Source: a virus. From it: a DNA stretch of 64,000 nucleotides. The number at the start of each line of letters is the position of its first letter. Position 1 is the first letter of the stretch. The position numbers and the translations under genes are program-made. The DNA lies in IMG/VR virus record IMGVR_UViG_3300045988_120282, positions 70,940 through 134,939 of that record, one strand, 5' to 3'. Positions 1 through 8,773 of this stretch are shown piece after piece. The notes beneath the pieces are model-generated. The model was not told where the DNA came from. It saw nothing but the letters and a program-made list of their open reading frames with translations, and searched no databases.

Positions 1-2
1 TT

Positions 3-254
3 ATGACAAAATATAAAGTGATTTTTGGTTATTTCAGCGAACTTGTAACAGTTGACGAACCTACAACGAATTATGGTGCAATCTTAGATCTTGCGATCGA
101 TCAACTAGAATCTAATGGAAATATGGGCGTATTTGTTTCAGATGAAGATATAGAACGTGATGGGATCACTGATGATATGTATATCACTGGTGGAAATCAC
201 GGACTGAACTTATATCACGGTGGTAATTTTATGATAGAAAGAGTTGACGAGTAG
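3..254 (+). CDS. hypothetical protein (may be 5'-truncated at window edge)
   Basis: ORF track; first ATG at window start so true start unknown; acidic small protein typical of phage early genes. Confidence 0.4.
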   Translation: MTKYKVIFGYFSELVTVDEPTTNYGAILDLAIDQLESNGNMGVFVSDEDIERDGITDDMYITGGNHGLNLYHGGNFMIERVDE

Positions 255-269
255 GAGGAGGAAAGAACA

Positions 270-461
270 ATGGAAAAAATACAATTACATAAACCACAAC
301 CGATAGATATAGCCGTTGCGATTGTAGGAATTGCAATGGCTATTATTGCGTTTATAAAGATCCCGCAAGCCTTTATATTAGAAGCGTTGTTGGTAATGAT
401 TACCGCTGTCTATATGCTTGCTTGCGTTGGATTTTTTGATGATGATACAGATACAGAATAA
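270..461 (+). CDS. small membrane protein (two hydrophobic helices)
   Basis: ORF with strong RBS GGAGGAGG upstream; hydrophobic segments IAVAIVGIAMAIIAFI and ALLVMITAVYMLACVGF. Confidence 0.5.
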   Translation: MEKIQLHKPQPIDIAVAIVGIAMAIIAFIKIPQAFILEALLVMITAVYMLACVGFFDDDTDTE

Positions 462-473
462 GAAAGAAGGTAA

Positions 474-875
474 ATGATTATGAATTTTGAAAAATATAGA
501 GAACTTGACACAATTAAATTGCATGGGATTTCTGCCGACATATTTCAAGAGAATGAACATGGAGAACTTATTGATCCTTTACGTGGAAAAGATGCAGACT
601 GGTTAACGGGAAAATCCACATTAGCAAAAGCGGAAAATTTCAATTTTGAACAATTCGTTCTTAATGAAATCAATCAGCATTTTATTAACAATTTAGAAGC
701 AAAAGATATTTGTATTTGTGGTAGTTGCTTTTCTTTTTGGAAACAAGAAGATGATGATGGTTTAGAAGATGATAATGGAAAATATTTTGTATCCTATGCC
801 GTTAGTATCACAATTAATGGAAAATACATAGATGAAGAAGATTTATACGAACTATTTCCGAATTTTGAATATTAA
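474..875 (+). CDS. hypothetical acidic protein
   Basis: ORF after RBS AAGAAGGTAA; start could be 480. Confidence 0.5.
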   Translation: MIMNFEKYRELDTIKLHGISADIFQENEHGELIDPLRGKDADWLTGKSTLAKAENFNFEQFVLNEINQHFINNLEAKDICICGSCFSFWKQEDDDGLEDDNGKYFVSYAVSITINGKYIDEEDLYELFPNFEY

Positions 876-894
876 GAAAGAAGGTAAACACACA

Positions 895-1503
895 ATGAGA
901 ACAAAACAGAACAAAACAATCAAGATCCTATTAGCTGTAGCACTCATGTTTACGGCTTTTTTAATCTTTGGAAATACTGTACACGCAAAGACAAAAAGAA
1001 GCACGTACAGAACGATAAACGGCATTTATAACAGTGACGGTACAATTGATACGGCAGATGGTTATTGCTGGAAAGTTCGCAAGGAATCATATGCCTATCC
1101 AGGGACTACCGTTGTCATTGTAAAATTTAACACTCATAGAACAAAAAACAAGCTCGATGATTCTATTGTAAAGATCAATGCAAAGAATAAAAACATCCAG
1201 CTTGTAAACGATTATATACGCCACGAGTACGACTTAAAAGCCTATAGAGTAAAGTATATCAGCACTGGAAAATTAACCGATAAAATGATTCGTGAACGTG
1301 CTGTAAAGCATACGATTTATGTGGAAATTATTAAAAGTGTTTCTGCCGGAGGTAAACATGGAACGTATGGAAAAGGTTACTACCTTGCGTATAACAAACG
1401 TGTAAGAAAAGGAAAGCACGTAACAAGCTATTGTGTATGGAATCCTTGTAATAGTTACTGTGATGACGTAGAAGCGATCGCAGATAATGGAAAAATCAGA
1501 TAG
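895..1503 (+). CDS. secreted protein with N-terminal signal peptide
   Basis: Start re-placed to ATG at 895 behind RBS AAGAAGGTAA; N-term MRTKQNKTIKILLAVALMFTAFLIFGNTVHA is a classic signal peptide; the upstream part of the track ORF overlaps the previous gene. Confidence 0.55.
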   Translation: MRTKQNKTIKILLAVALMFTAFLIFGNTVHAKTKRSTYRTINGIYNSDGTIDTADGYCWKVRKESYAYPGTTVVIVKFNTHRTKNKLDDSIVKINAKNKNIQLVNDYIRHEYDLKAYRVKYISTGKLTDKMIRERAVKHTIYVEIIKSVSAGGKHGTYGKGYYLAYNKRVRKGKHVTSYCVWNPCNSYCDDVEAIADNGKIR

Positions 1504-1519
1504 AAAGAAGGTTAGAACT

Positions 1520-1804
1520 ATGAGAAAAGAAAATACAATGTACACTGGATTTTATGATATTCCTTGTCTTACTGGAAGAAAGAGTTTTTACGGTAAAGCA
1601 AAAGAAAGAGTTATCGACAATGGTTACGAGCTTAAATCATATGAAACTATTGTCTGTAAGTTAGTCAACGGAAAACTTATCCGATTGTGGAACGATTACA
1701 GCCCAACAACTATGAACCATGTAAACGGCTTCTTAGTGTTCCACGGTATGGAAAAGATCAAGAAAGCTGATTGGATGGCAATGGAAGTTAAGGAAGGAGT
1801 GTAA
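1520..1804 (+). CDS. hypothetical protein
   Basis: ORF; internal ATG behind RBS AGAAAGAAGG chosen as start. Confidence 0.5.
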   Translation: MRKENTMYTGFYDIPCLTGRKSFYGKAKERVIDNGYELKSYETIVCKLVNGKLIRLWNDYSPTTMNHVNGFLVFHGMEKIKKADWMAMEVKEGV

Positions 1805-1808
1805 AACT

Positions 1809-2042
1809 ATGACAACGATTACTATATACAGAAACAAAAGGAATGAGAACAAATACATAGAAGTCCACAACGATGGACATTATCACAATTCAGTTAAACA
1901 ATTTATGCAATGGAAGAAAGATCACAATGGGAATCAGCTTGCCAAACCGATTAGAAATGAAACGGGTGATCGAGTGTTGCATAGATGGAAAAAAGCAAAC
2001 CTGATGGAGCTACTGGAAGATTATGAACTGATTACGGCATAG
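1809..2042 (+). CDS. hypothetical protein
   Basis: ORF with RBS GGAAGGAG. Confidence 0.5.
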   Translation: MTTITIYRNKRNENKYIEVHNDGHYHNSVKQFMQWKKDHNGNQLAKPIRNETGDRVLHRWKKANLMELLEDYELITA

Positions 2043-2056
2043 GAGGATGGAAGATT

Positions 2057-2272
2057 ATGAATCATCGTGCAACGTATCTTATCTATTATGAAGATAAGAA
2101 TGGGTATAGGGATAGCTATGAAGTTTACGGGTATGAACAACTTAGAGAAACTATGAAGTGGTTACATAGTGATGAGATTAAAGCAACTGATATATCAATC
2201 TATAAGCATGGAAAAGATTTTGAAAATAATTCTGATGACATTATAGAAGTATATAAAAATTGGTGGAAATAA
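2057..2272 (+). CDS. hypothetical protein
   Basis: ORF with RBS TAGGAGGATGGA. Confidence 0.5.
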   Translation: MNHRATYLIYYEDKNGYRDSYEVYGYEQLRETMKWLHSDEIKATDISIYKHGKDFENNSDDIIEVYKNWWK

Positions 2273-2289
2273 CCAGGAGGAACGATAGA

Positions 2290-2595
2290 ATGGAAAAGAA
2301 CTTAAAAGATTTATACTTTGTATCTGTTTATTACAGTTTTGATTGTGATTCACCGCTTTATGTTTTTAGTACAGAAGAAGAAGCGGTTGCATTTATTAGA
2401 AAACAATATCAGGATGAATTGAACATAGAATGTAGAGAATTGGAAATTGATATGAGTGTTTCTGAAAAGGATTATAGTGATTATGGATTATTTGTCGATA
2501 TATCCGATGATGGAAGTTTTGCACGTATTGAACAAGTAAACGATGATTCGTCATTTATTGAATGGAATTTAACAACATTAAGAAATGATTTATAA
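2290..2595 (+). CDS. hypothetical acidic protein
   Basis: ORF; start moved to ATG behind RBS CAGGAGGAAC. Confidence 0.5.
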   Translation: MEKNLKDLYFVSVYYSFDCDSPLYVFSTEEEAVAFIRKQYQDELNIECRELEIDMSVSEKDYSDYGLFVDISDDGSFARIEQVNDDSSFIEWNLTTLRNDL

Positions 2596-2612
2596 AAAGG
2601 AAGGTACACAAA

Positions 2613-2849
2613 ATGGAAATTTCAAAGAAACAAACTTATGAACAGTATCAGTTACAATGGATGATTGATCACGGTTTTTCATTAAAAGATTTAATGGAAT
2701 CTATGGACAGATATTTTATGAACGATGGAGATTCTATCCAGGAATTGTTTGAGGATTGGGAGTGTAACTGTGGATTTGGCGGTATATTGTATGCTTGTAA
2801 AGATGAAGCAATAGATTGTGGCGAATGTATAGAAGATGAGGAAGAATAG
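2613..2849 (+). CDS. hypothetical acidic Cys-containing protein
   Basis: ORF with RBS AAAGGAAGG; C-terminal CNCGFGG...CGEC and acidic tail. Confidence 0.5.
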   Translation: MEISKKQTYEQYQLQWMIDHGFSLKDLMESMDRYFMNDGDSIQELFEDWECNCGFGGILYACKDEAIDCGECIEDEEE

Positions 2850-2859
2850 GAGAATAATT

Positions 2860-3132
2860 ATGGAAATTTTAAAGATGACAAGAACAAACATGGTAGTGAT
2901 TCAGACAGTGGAAAAGGAAGAACGTAACACTTTTGACATTGGAAAAATCAGAGTCGCAGCCTTGCCACCGATCGCAAAGAAAGATCTTATCGCAGAACTT
3001 AAAAGCAAGGGCTTCTGCGATGGAATGATCCATACGGTATTACAATGCAAGCTGGAAGATCTAAACGGATATGTGAACGTATGGAAGTATGTAGCGTATA
3101 TCTTAGCCGTAGAACTGATGGAAAGATTATAG
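2860..3132 (+). CDS. hypothetical protein
   Basis: ORF; start at ATG behind RBS AGGAGAATAATT. Confidence 0.5.
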   Translation: MEILKMTRTNMVVIQTVEKEERNTFDIGKIRVAALPPIAKKDLIAELKSKGFCDGMIHTVLQCKLEDLNGYVNVWKYVAYILAVELMERL

Positions 3133-3147
3133 AAGGGCGGTGGAAAC

Positions 3148-3606
3148 ATGGAAAATACAAATACATTAACAGTAAAATTCGTCGGTTTTGGTGGTGGATT
3201 TATGGAATATCCATGCTATAAAGATGAAAACGAAAAGCTATATTTTGACATAAACGATGGGAAAAATGGACTTGACTTATACACTGGTGCTTACATGGAT
3301 GAACTTGGAGATATTTGTGGTGAACCAAATCAGTCAGTAATGCAAGAAATCAAATGCGATAAACCATTTTCAAGGAATCTTAGAGAACGTGATTATCAGT
3401 TTCTAAGTAGATTAAAAGCAGATTGCGAATACTTCTTAAGAAATGGAAACGGTTGTAAGAAATACTTATATAAAGAAAGCATTGAAAAACATTGCGATGA
3501 GATGGAAAAAATATGGAATTCATTTACAGACGAACAAAAACCTAAATGGTTAACGATGGAACAAATAAAAGATTTTAGAAAGAAAATGTTAAATACAAGA
3601 AAGTAG
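3148..3606 (+). CDS. hypothetical Cys-rich protein
   Basis: ORF after GGCGGTGGAAAC. Confidence 0.55.
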   Translation: MENTNTLTVKFVGFGGGFMEYPCYKDENEKLYFDINDGKNGLDLYTGAYMDELGDICGEPNQSVMQEIKCDKPFSRNLRERDYQFLSRLKADCEYFLRNGNGCKKYLYKESIEKHCDEMEKIWNSFTDEQKPKWLTMEQIKDFRKKMLNTRK

Positions 3607-3615
3607 GTGGAAATT

Positions 3616-3804
3616 ATGATCGTAAGAAACACTTATACAGATGGTAGAACAGAAATTTTTTGTAATACGCCCGATGAATACAATGACTTATGTTGTGAGT
3701 ACGATTTAGAAGATTGTGGTATGAGTGGAAAATACGTTGGATCTAGTTGGAGCCACGATGATAAGAACAATGTAGACGTTTATTTTAAATATAAAGAAGA
3801 TTAG
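3616..3804 (+). CDS. hypothetical small acidic protein
   Basis: ORF; start placed at ATG after conserved AGGTGGAAATT RBS context. Confidence 0.5.
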   Translation: MIVRNTYTDGRTEIFCNTPDEYNDLCCEYDLEDCGMSGKYVGSSWSHDDKNNVDVYFKYKED

Positions 3805-3820
3805 AAAGTAGGTGGAAAGA

Positions 3821-4069
3821 ATGAGTCGCAGAACAACTATGGAATCATTAGCGTGTCACGTAGAACGCAAGTATCACACGTTATACTTTACGGAAAATCC
3901 TCCGAACGCTGGAATTGATGATAGCTTACATGGTTACAAATACTTCTTATTATTCAAGAACACGTTCGGAATTTTTCGGAAATACAGAACGCAAGAAGAA
4001 GCAATTAACGGCATGACGGAAATTTTAAAAGAAGATCCGTCAGAATTATTTAGTTACATAGCCAATTAA
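3821..4069 (+). CDS. hypothetical protein
   Basis: ORF; start at ATG after GTAGGTGGAAAGA. Confidence 0.5.
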   Translation: MSRRTTMESLACHVERKYHTLYFTENPPNAGIDDSLHGYKYFLLFKNTFGIFRKYRTQEEAINGMTEILKEDPSELFSYIAN

Positions 4070-4079
4070 AGGCTTTTAC

Positions 4080-4264
4080 TACTCATGATGATATGAGTAT
4101 ACACCATAACGGAAAGACTCGACTATTGAAGCTAATAGTTACTTTATATGAACGGAAAGACTGTACTACTGGTTGATGGTAGTGACGTATTGGAACGGAA
4201 AAACGGTGGCGTATGGTAGATAAAAGAGTGCTTTTATCGGTGGGTTCGATTCCTATCCCGTCAC
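4080..4264. repeat. non-coding region with palindrome, three 43-bp-spaced AACGGAAA(GACT) iterons and a tRNA T-arm-like fragment
   Basis: TACTCAT-N6-ATGAGTA palindrome 4080-4099; AACGGAAAGACT at 4108 and 4151, AACGGAAAAACGG at 4194 (exact 43-nt phasing); GGTGGGTTCGATTCC at 4239-4253 shares the 11-mer GGTTCGATTCC with the T-arm of the tRNA at 33740. Confidence 0.5.
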
Positions 4265-4344
4265 TTTTCACGATGGAAATTATCGTGTATAATAAAGGAA
4301 AACTATTAATATTTAAAGTCCTGATAGGCAGAAAGAAGGAAATT

Positions 4345-4824
4345 ATGTACGAGTTCAAAGAACTGATCTTGCCTGAACATTTTAGACACGCCTCTTACGG
4401 TGGATTTTGTGTAAAACCGGGAATGTTTTATGGCGTAGAAAAAGAAACTGGAAAATTAGTAGCTACAACGGGATTGAATGTAAACGGATTAACAAACATT
4501 TATATCCAGCACGAACCAAAGATCCAATGGAATAATGATTTGTGGGAAGATCTTTACGATGATTATGGAAAACCTTTAATCACGATTGAAGAGAACGACT
4601 TGCAACGGATTAGTGATAAGGTTAAAGATTTTCAGAAAACGGCAATGGATTTTGAAACGTGGGCAGACGAAAACGGATATAATGAAGAATATTGTGAAGA
4701 TCTTACTAGAGAAGAACTAGATCAGATAGAAGAATCTTATGAATGGTATTACTTTATGGGATATCCTGAGTTTGTGATCCAGCTTTTAAAAGAACATTGG
4801 GATTTAGAAAATTATGAAGAATAG
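4345..4824 (+). CDS. hypothetical strongly acidic protein (DNA-mimic-like composition)
   Basis: Start placed at ATG 4345 behind RBS AGAAAGAAGGAAATT; C-terminal half rich in D/E/Y/W; the track's upstream extension overlaps the non-coding repeat region. Confidence 0.55.
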   Translation: MYEFKELILPEHFRHASYGGFCVKPGMFYGVEKETGKLVATTGLNVNGLTNIYIQHEPKIQWNNDLWEDLYDDYGKPLITIEENDLQRISDKVKDFQKTAMDFETWADENGYNEEYCEDLTREELDQIEESYEWYYFMGYPEFVIQLLKEHWDLENYEE

Positions 4825-4837
4825 GAAGGTGGAAATT

Positions 4838-5176
4838 ATGAAATCATATAAAGAATACGATAGAGAATTTATTGGGGATAGTGATATTGCGGCTTTAATT
4901 TTTGTAGGCACAACAAAAGACGGATTGAAGGCGAATATCTTAAATTTTGGTTGTGATGGAAGATATAATGCTTATATTGTGGATGAGAACGCAAAGATCG
5001 GAGATCACTATACCTTAGAGATGGAATTTGAAACATCATCAGGATTCAGGGCATGGCTCAAAATCTATGACGATGTAGGATTGATGGCAGATTATAAGGC
5101 AGACAAAATTAGAGTATATCGTGCTGGAGATTTTGGTTGCATTATTCAGCTTATCGGAAAGAAAGAATGTGAATAA
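4838..5176 (+). CDS. hypothetical protein
   Basis: ORF; start after AGGTGGAAATT context. Confidence 0.5.
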   Translation: MKSYKEYDREFIGDSDIAALIFVGTTKDGLKANILNFGCDGRYNAYIVDENAKIGDHYTLEMEFETSSGFRAWLKIYDDVGLMADYKADKIRVYRAGDFGCIIQLIGKKECE

Positions 5177-5190
5177 GGATGGTGGAAAAT

Positions 5191-5634
5191 ATGCTTAGAT
5201 ATAAAGATTATTACCATGCAATTACAAAAACAGATCACGGATTAGATATTGACGTAAACAAATGTAATAATACTTGCAATCATCATTCTTATATAGATTG
5301 TAGTAGTTGCGATTGCAAAGATGGATGCTTTGGAAAATCGTTTGCCAAAGACACTTTAAATGAATTCAAGAAACATCATTTTACATGGAAAGATATCGTA
5401 CAAGTCAATGGAAAATTATATGAAGAAGAGTTCATGATTAGTGGTTTGATGGATGATAAAAATACATATCAGATTGATGATTTTTTAGAAGCTGTAGCAA
5501 AGAAGTATGATGTTAGTCCGAAGGATATTAAGACATATACAATGGATAATATACCATTAAATCCAACGGAAATTATTCTTGCCGGAGATTGTGGTTGCTA
5601 TATTGACGGAACGCCTGAATGGTGTATAGACTAG
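5191..5634 (+). CDS. hypothetical Cys-rich protein (paralog of 6049-6693)
   Basis: Shares KDYYHAITKT-GLDIDV, NEFKKHHFTW-DIV, K-YTMDNI-NPTE and DCGCYIDG-PEW blocks with the gene at 6049. Confidence 0.55.
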   Translation: MLRYKDYYHAITKTDHGLDIDVNKCNNTCNHHSYIDCSSCDCKDGCFGKSFAKDTLNEFKKHHFTWKDIVQVNGKLYEEEFMISGLMDDKNTYQIDDFLEAVAKKYDVSPKDIKTYTMDNIPLNPTEIILAGDCGCYIDGTPEWCID

Positions 5635-5663
5635 CGGAAAATTAAATAAGAACAAAGTAATCT

Positions 5664-5696
5664 AGGAAGATGCAGAAATGTATCTTCCTTTTTTTA
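5664..5696 (+). terminator. rho-independent terminator
   Basis: AGGAAGAT-N10-ATCTTCCT stem followed by TTTTTTT. Confidence 0.6.
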
Positions 5697-5721
5697 ATGG
5701 AAAGAAACGAGGTAAGAACGA

Positions 5722-6009
5722 ATGAAAGTTAGCAGAGAAGAGTATGAAAGATTAGACTTTGAAGATTTTGTGGAAAAATTAAAACCACAATACAGCACAT
5801 TATGTAGTTTAGAAGATATGAAGAACGCTTGCGTTCAGGCGGTAAACGTAATGGAAGTTAGTCTTGCGATCCATATATTGGAACCGATTGAAGAATACAG
5901 TGTATGGTATTACGACTACGATCGAGAAAAGGGTATGCAGTATGTACCGCAGCCATTATCACAAAAAGAGGATCTTGTGAAGGCTGGATACTTAGAATTA
6001 GTCGGATAA
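5722..6009 (+). CDS. hypothetical protein
   Basis: ORF with RBS ACGAGGTAAGAACGA. Confidence 0.5.
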   Translation: MKVSREEYERLDFEDFVEKLKPQYSTLCSLEDMKNACVQAVNVMEVSLAIHILEPIEEYSVWYYDYDREKGMQYVPQPLSQKEDLVKAGYLELVG

Positions 6010-6048
6010 TAAAATGCAGATTTGGAAGAAAGATATGAGGTGGAAATT

Positions 6049-6693
6049 ATGAACAAATATAGAGATTATTATAGTGCAATCGTAAAAACAGAGAACGGAC
6101 TGGATATTGATGTATTGGAATTAGTTAACTGCGAGCTAGAACGACAGCAATGCGGAAAACAGCCGATTATTGGAATGATTGCAAGTGACATTATTAATGA
6201 ATTTAAGGAACACAAATTCACATGGCGTGACATCGTAGAAATCAACGGAAAATATTATGCAGAAGAATTTAGTATTAGCGGTATCATGGAAAACCCTGAT
6301 GCGTATATACTTGATGATTTTTACACAGCGGTTGCAGAAAAATACAATGTAGATCTTACAAAAAATGAAATTAAAACATACATGATGGATAATATCACTT
6401 TTAACCCTACTGAATTAGAGTTTGGGGCAGAAGATTGCGGATGTTACATTGATGGAGAACCAGAATGGATTGACGTAGAAGAACAGGATGGAAGAATTAT
6501 GAATGCAGAAACAAAACAGGAAATTATCGGAATCGTTATGTGTCACGGAGAGAATGATTATGGATATTGGGGAGGATTTTCTCTAACAGAGGAAGAGGAG
6601 GAACAGATTTACGAGATCCTGATGCGACATGATACAGAAGGATGCTCTATCAGAGGAACAAGAAACGACATTGCAAACGAGATTAAAGAATAG
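6049..6693 (+). CDS. hypothetical protein (paralog of 5191-5634 with C-terminal extension)
   Basis: Start at ATG after GAGGTGGAAATT; shared sequence blocks with 5191-5634. Confidence 0.55.
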   Translation: MNKYRDYYSAIVKTENGLDIDVLELVNCELERQQCGKQPIIGMIASDIINEFKEHKFTWRDIVEINGKYYAEEFSISGIMENPDAYILDDFYTAVAEKYNVDLTKNEIKTYMMDNITFNPTELEFGAEDCGCYIDGEPEWIDVEEQDGRIMNAETKQEIIGIVMCHGENDYGYWGGFSLTEEEEEQIYEILMRHDTEGCSIRGTRNDIANEIKE

Positions 6694-6707
6694 GAGAGTG
6701 ATTAGTT

Positions 6708-6941
6708 ATGGAAAACAAAGAAGCAAAAAGAATCGCAAACATCTTATTTAATATGTCTTTAGGAATGGACTATGACACGTTTGTAGATGATTATAAAGAA
6801 GATATGGAAATGTTAACCGAAAGCGTTGGAAAATTGTCTAAAAAAGATGATCTGCTGTATTATGTGTTACACAATATTGCAGACAACAACGCAGAAATGG
6901 AAAATAAGCTTGTCAATGCAGATGGATCTATTTGCAGATAG
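6708..6941 (+). CDS. hypothetical protein
   Basis: ORF with RBS AGGAGAGTGA. Confidence 0.5.
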   Translation: MENKEAKRIANILFNMSLGMDYDTFVDDYKEDMEMLTESVGKLSKKDDLLYYVLHNIADNNAEMENKLVNADGSICR

Positions 6942-6953
6942 GAGATGGAAATT

Positions 6954-7235
6954 ATGAATGATAAAAAATATGATACAGAAATGATGGTGGCAATATGTCA
7001 AGAGTATGAAGATGCTTCTCAAACTTTATCTAGCCTGACGAAAACATTAGCAATTGTTCATATGAAGTTGGTTCAGGCAGAAAGCTATACGCAAGAAATC
7101 TCACTCAAACAGTATAAAAGACTGAAAGAAGAGGTAAAAGAATTAACAACAGCAGTACATGATGCAACTATTATGCTCAATGTTTGGGATAAAGCACGAG
7201 AAGTTTGTATGGAAGTTATAGATGATGAAAATTAA
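6954..7235 (+). CDS. hypothetical protein
   Basis: ORF; start after AGGAGATGGAAATT. Confidence 0.5.
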   Translation: MNDKKYDTEMMVAICQEYEDASQTLSSLTKTLAIVHMKLVQAESYTQEISLKQYKRLKEEVKELTTAVHDATIMLNVWDKAREVCMEVIDDEN

Positions 7236-7270
7236 ATGTCAATTTTATCGTAGGAAGGATGGAAATAATC

Positions 7271-7612
7271 ATGAGAGTTTTAGTAGAATCAAATTATGGA
7301 ACAACGACCAAACCAGATGGTCTTGGTGTAGTATGTAAATTGGTATGCAGCCCAGACTCAAAAAGAAATTTCTATTGGTATGGAAATGATATGGAATTAA
7401 ATAGTAGCTTAGGTCCCGACATCCGACAATGTGGAACACGAGAAGAATTGTTGGAAAAATTAAATAGACGAAAGAAAAATTATGAAATACGATTACAAAA
7501 TCTTTCTTCTGATTTATTTCTTAATCAAAAAGGCAAAGTGGTCTTTGAGAACTGTCTTAAGCAAGATATTCTTATGTATAAGACTTTTATTGAAGCACTA
7601 GAAAAACAATAG
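7271..7612 (+). CDS. hypothetical protein
   Basis: ORF; start after GGAAGGATGGAAATAATC. Confidence 0.5.
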   Translation: MRVLVESNYGTTTKPDGLGVVCKLVCSPDSKRNFYWYGNDMELNSSLGPDIRQCGTREELLEKLNRRKKNYEIRLQNLSSDLFLNQKGKVVFENCLKQDILMYKTFIEALEKQ

Positions 7613-7629
7613 GAAGGATGGAAATTTAC

Positions 7630-7824
7630 ATGAAAAAATATATAATAGATGTTGTAGAAACATATAAGAGATCAGTTGAAATCAAAGCAGAAACAGAGGA
7701 CGAAGCAAGAAATATTGTAGCGGAAAAGATTAATACAGGAGATATTGATATACCTTGTGATGGCGGTGGTTACGACTATGAGTACAAGTTATTCGCAAGT
7801 GAGGTAGAGGAAAGTGAAGTGTAA
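7630..7824 (+). CDS. hypothetical small protein
   Basis: ORF; start after GGAAGGATGGAAATTTAC. Confidence 0.5.
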   Translation: MKKYIIDVVETYKRSVEIKAETEDEARNIVAEKINTGDIDIPCDGGGYDYEYKLFASEVEESEV

Positions 7825-7932
7825 TTTCTACGGACTGTTTACGATGGTTGAAGAAAATGATAATATATACATATTGGTTGAGATACCAGATGATCAGAGA
7901 AACTTCAAGAACAAAGCAAAGGAGAATAAATT

Positions 7933-8103
7933 ATGCCGTTGGTTTTATTATTAATAATTATATTTATCGTTCCAGAGGATAGTTTGGAATATATGTTAGG
8001 AGCTATCTTAGGTGGTGGCTATGGAATTTTAATGGTTATAGCATTTGTTGCTATTCTGTATGGGATTTATAAGTTTTTTTCCGATCTTTGGAACGGAAGA
8101 TAG
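7933..8103 (+). CDS. small hydrophobic membrane protein (56 aa, below ORF-track cut-off)
   Basis: ATG at 7933 behind RBS AAGGAGAATAAATT; translation MPLVLLLIIIFIVPEDSLEYMLGAILGGGYGILMVIAFVAILYGIYKFFSDLWNGR has two hydrophobic helices; fills an otherwise empty 300-nt gap. Confidence 0.4.
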   Translation: MPLVLLLIIIFIVPEDSLEYMLGAILGGGYGILMVIAFVAILYGIYKFFSDLWNGR

Positions 8104-8155
8104 AATGGAAAATATTATTTGATAAAGCAGATTATATATGGAAGGAGTTATGAAT

Positions 8156-8677
8156 ATGAATAAATTCAAGCATTATGGAAAAGATGTGTGGAGACAAGCA
8201 TCTTCTATAAGAAATTGGGTAAAGGAACTAAAAGAAAGCGGATTAGAATATACGGCACTTCCAGACCTAGAACATGAAGTATACAAATACATTAAGGATG
8301 GAAACGAAAGATATGCTTTAGTTTATTATCCTGATGTACCTGAAGAAGCTTTACAAGAAGTATACATAATAGAAAAGATTCCTGATGATCTTAGCTGGGA
8401 TAACATAATAGAAGATTATAGACAGCAAAGTAGAGGATATGATCCGATGAAGCTGCCAACACGAGCTAGACTACTATATGATGAAGCATTTCACAGAGCT
8501 TATGAATGGGAAAAAGAAGATAATCCAGACTTCGCTAAAAATTTTTGGCATAGACCTGCGGGATATGTTGATCCCGAACAATTCAAATTGGCTATTATGT
8601 CATTAGGAACTAGCATTGAAGAACTAAGGGAAATGGATCATTCCGATACGCCAGAAATTGATGAACTAGAATTATAG
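8156..8677 (+). CDS. hypothetical protein
   Basis: ORF; ATG at 8156 has best spacing to RBS AAGGAG. Confidence 0.5.
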   Translation: MNKFKHYGKDVWRQASSIRNWVKELKESGLEYTALPDLEHEVYKYIKDGNERYALVYYPDVPEEALQEVYIIEKIPDDLSWDNIIEDYRQQSRGYDPMKLPTRARLLYDEAFHRAYEWEKEDNPDFAKNFWHRPAGYVDPEQFKLAIMSLGTSIEELREMDHSDTPEIDELEL

Positions 8678-8773
8678 TGAATACAAATTAATATAGGTAA
8701 CTAGGATACTTATGGAAAATTCCAGAGTGTCTTTTTTTATACAAATTTTTACATAAGAAAGGTGGAATTAATT

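Noticed and set aside
4239-4264. Possible second tRNA gene (GGTGGGTTCGATTCC...)
   Set aside because: Only a T-arm-like fragment is present. No complementary acceptor stem or D-arm could be assembled.
4083-4358. Minus-strand 91-aa ORF and the 5' extension of the 4213-4824 ORF
   Set aside because: They overlie a repeat-rich non-coding island and have no RBS. The real gene starts at ATG 4345 with a strong RBS.
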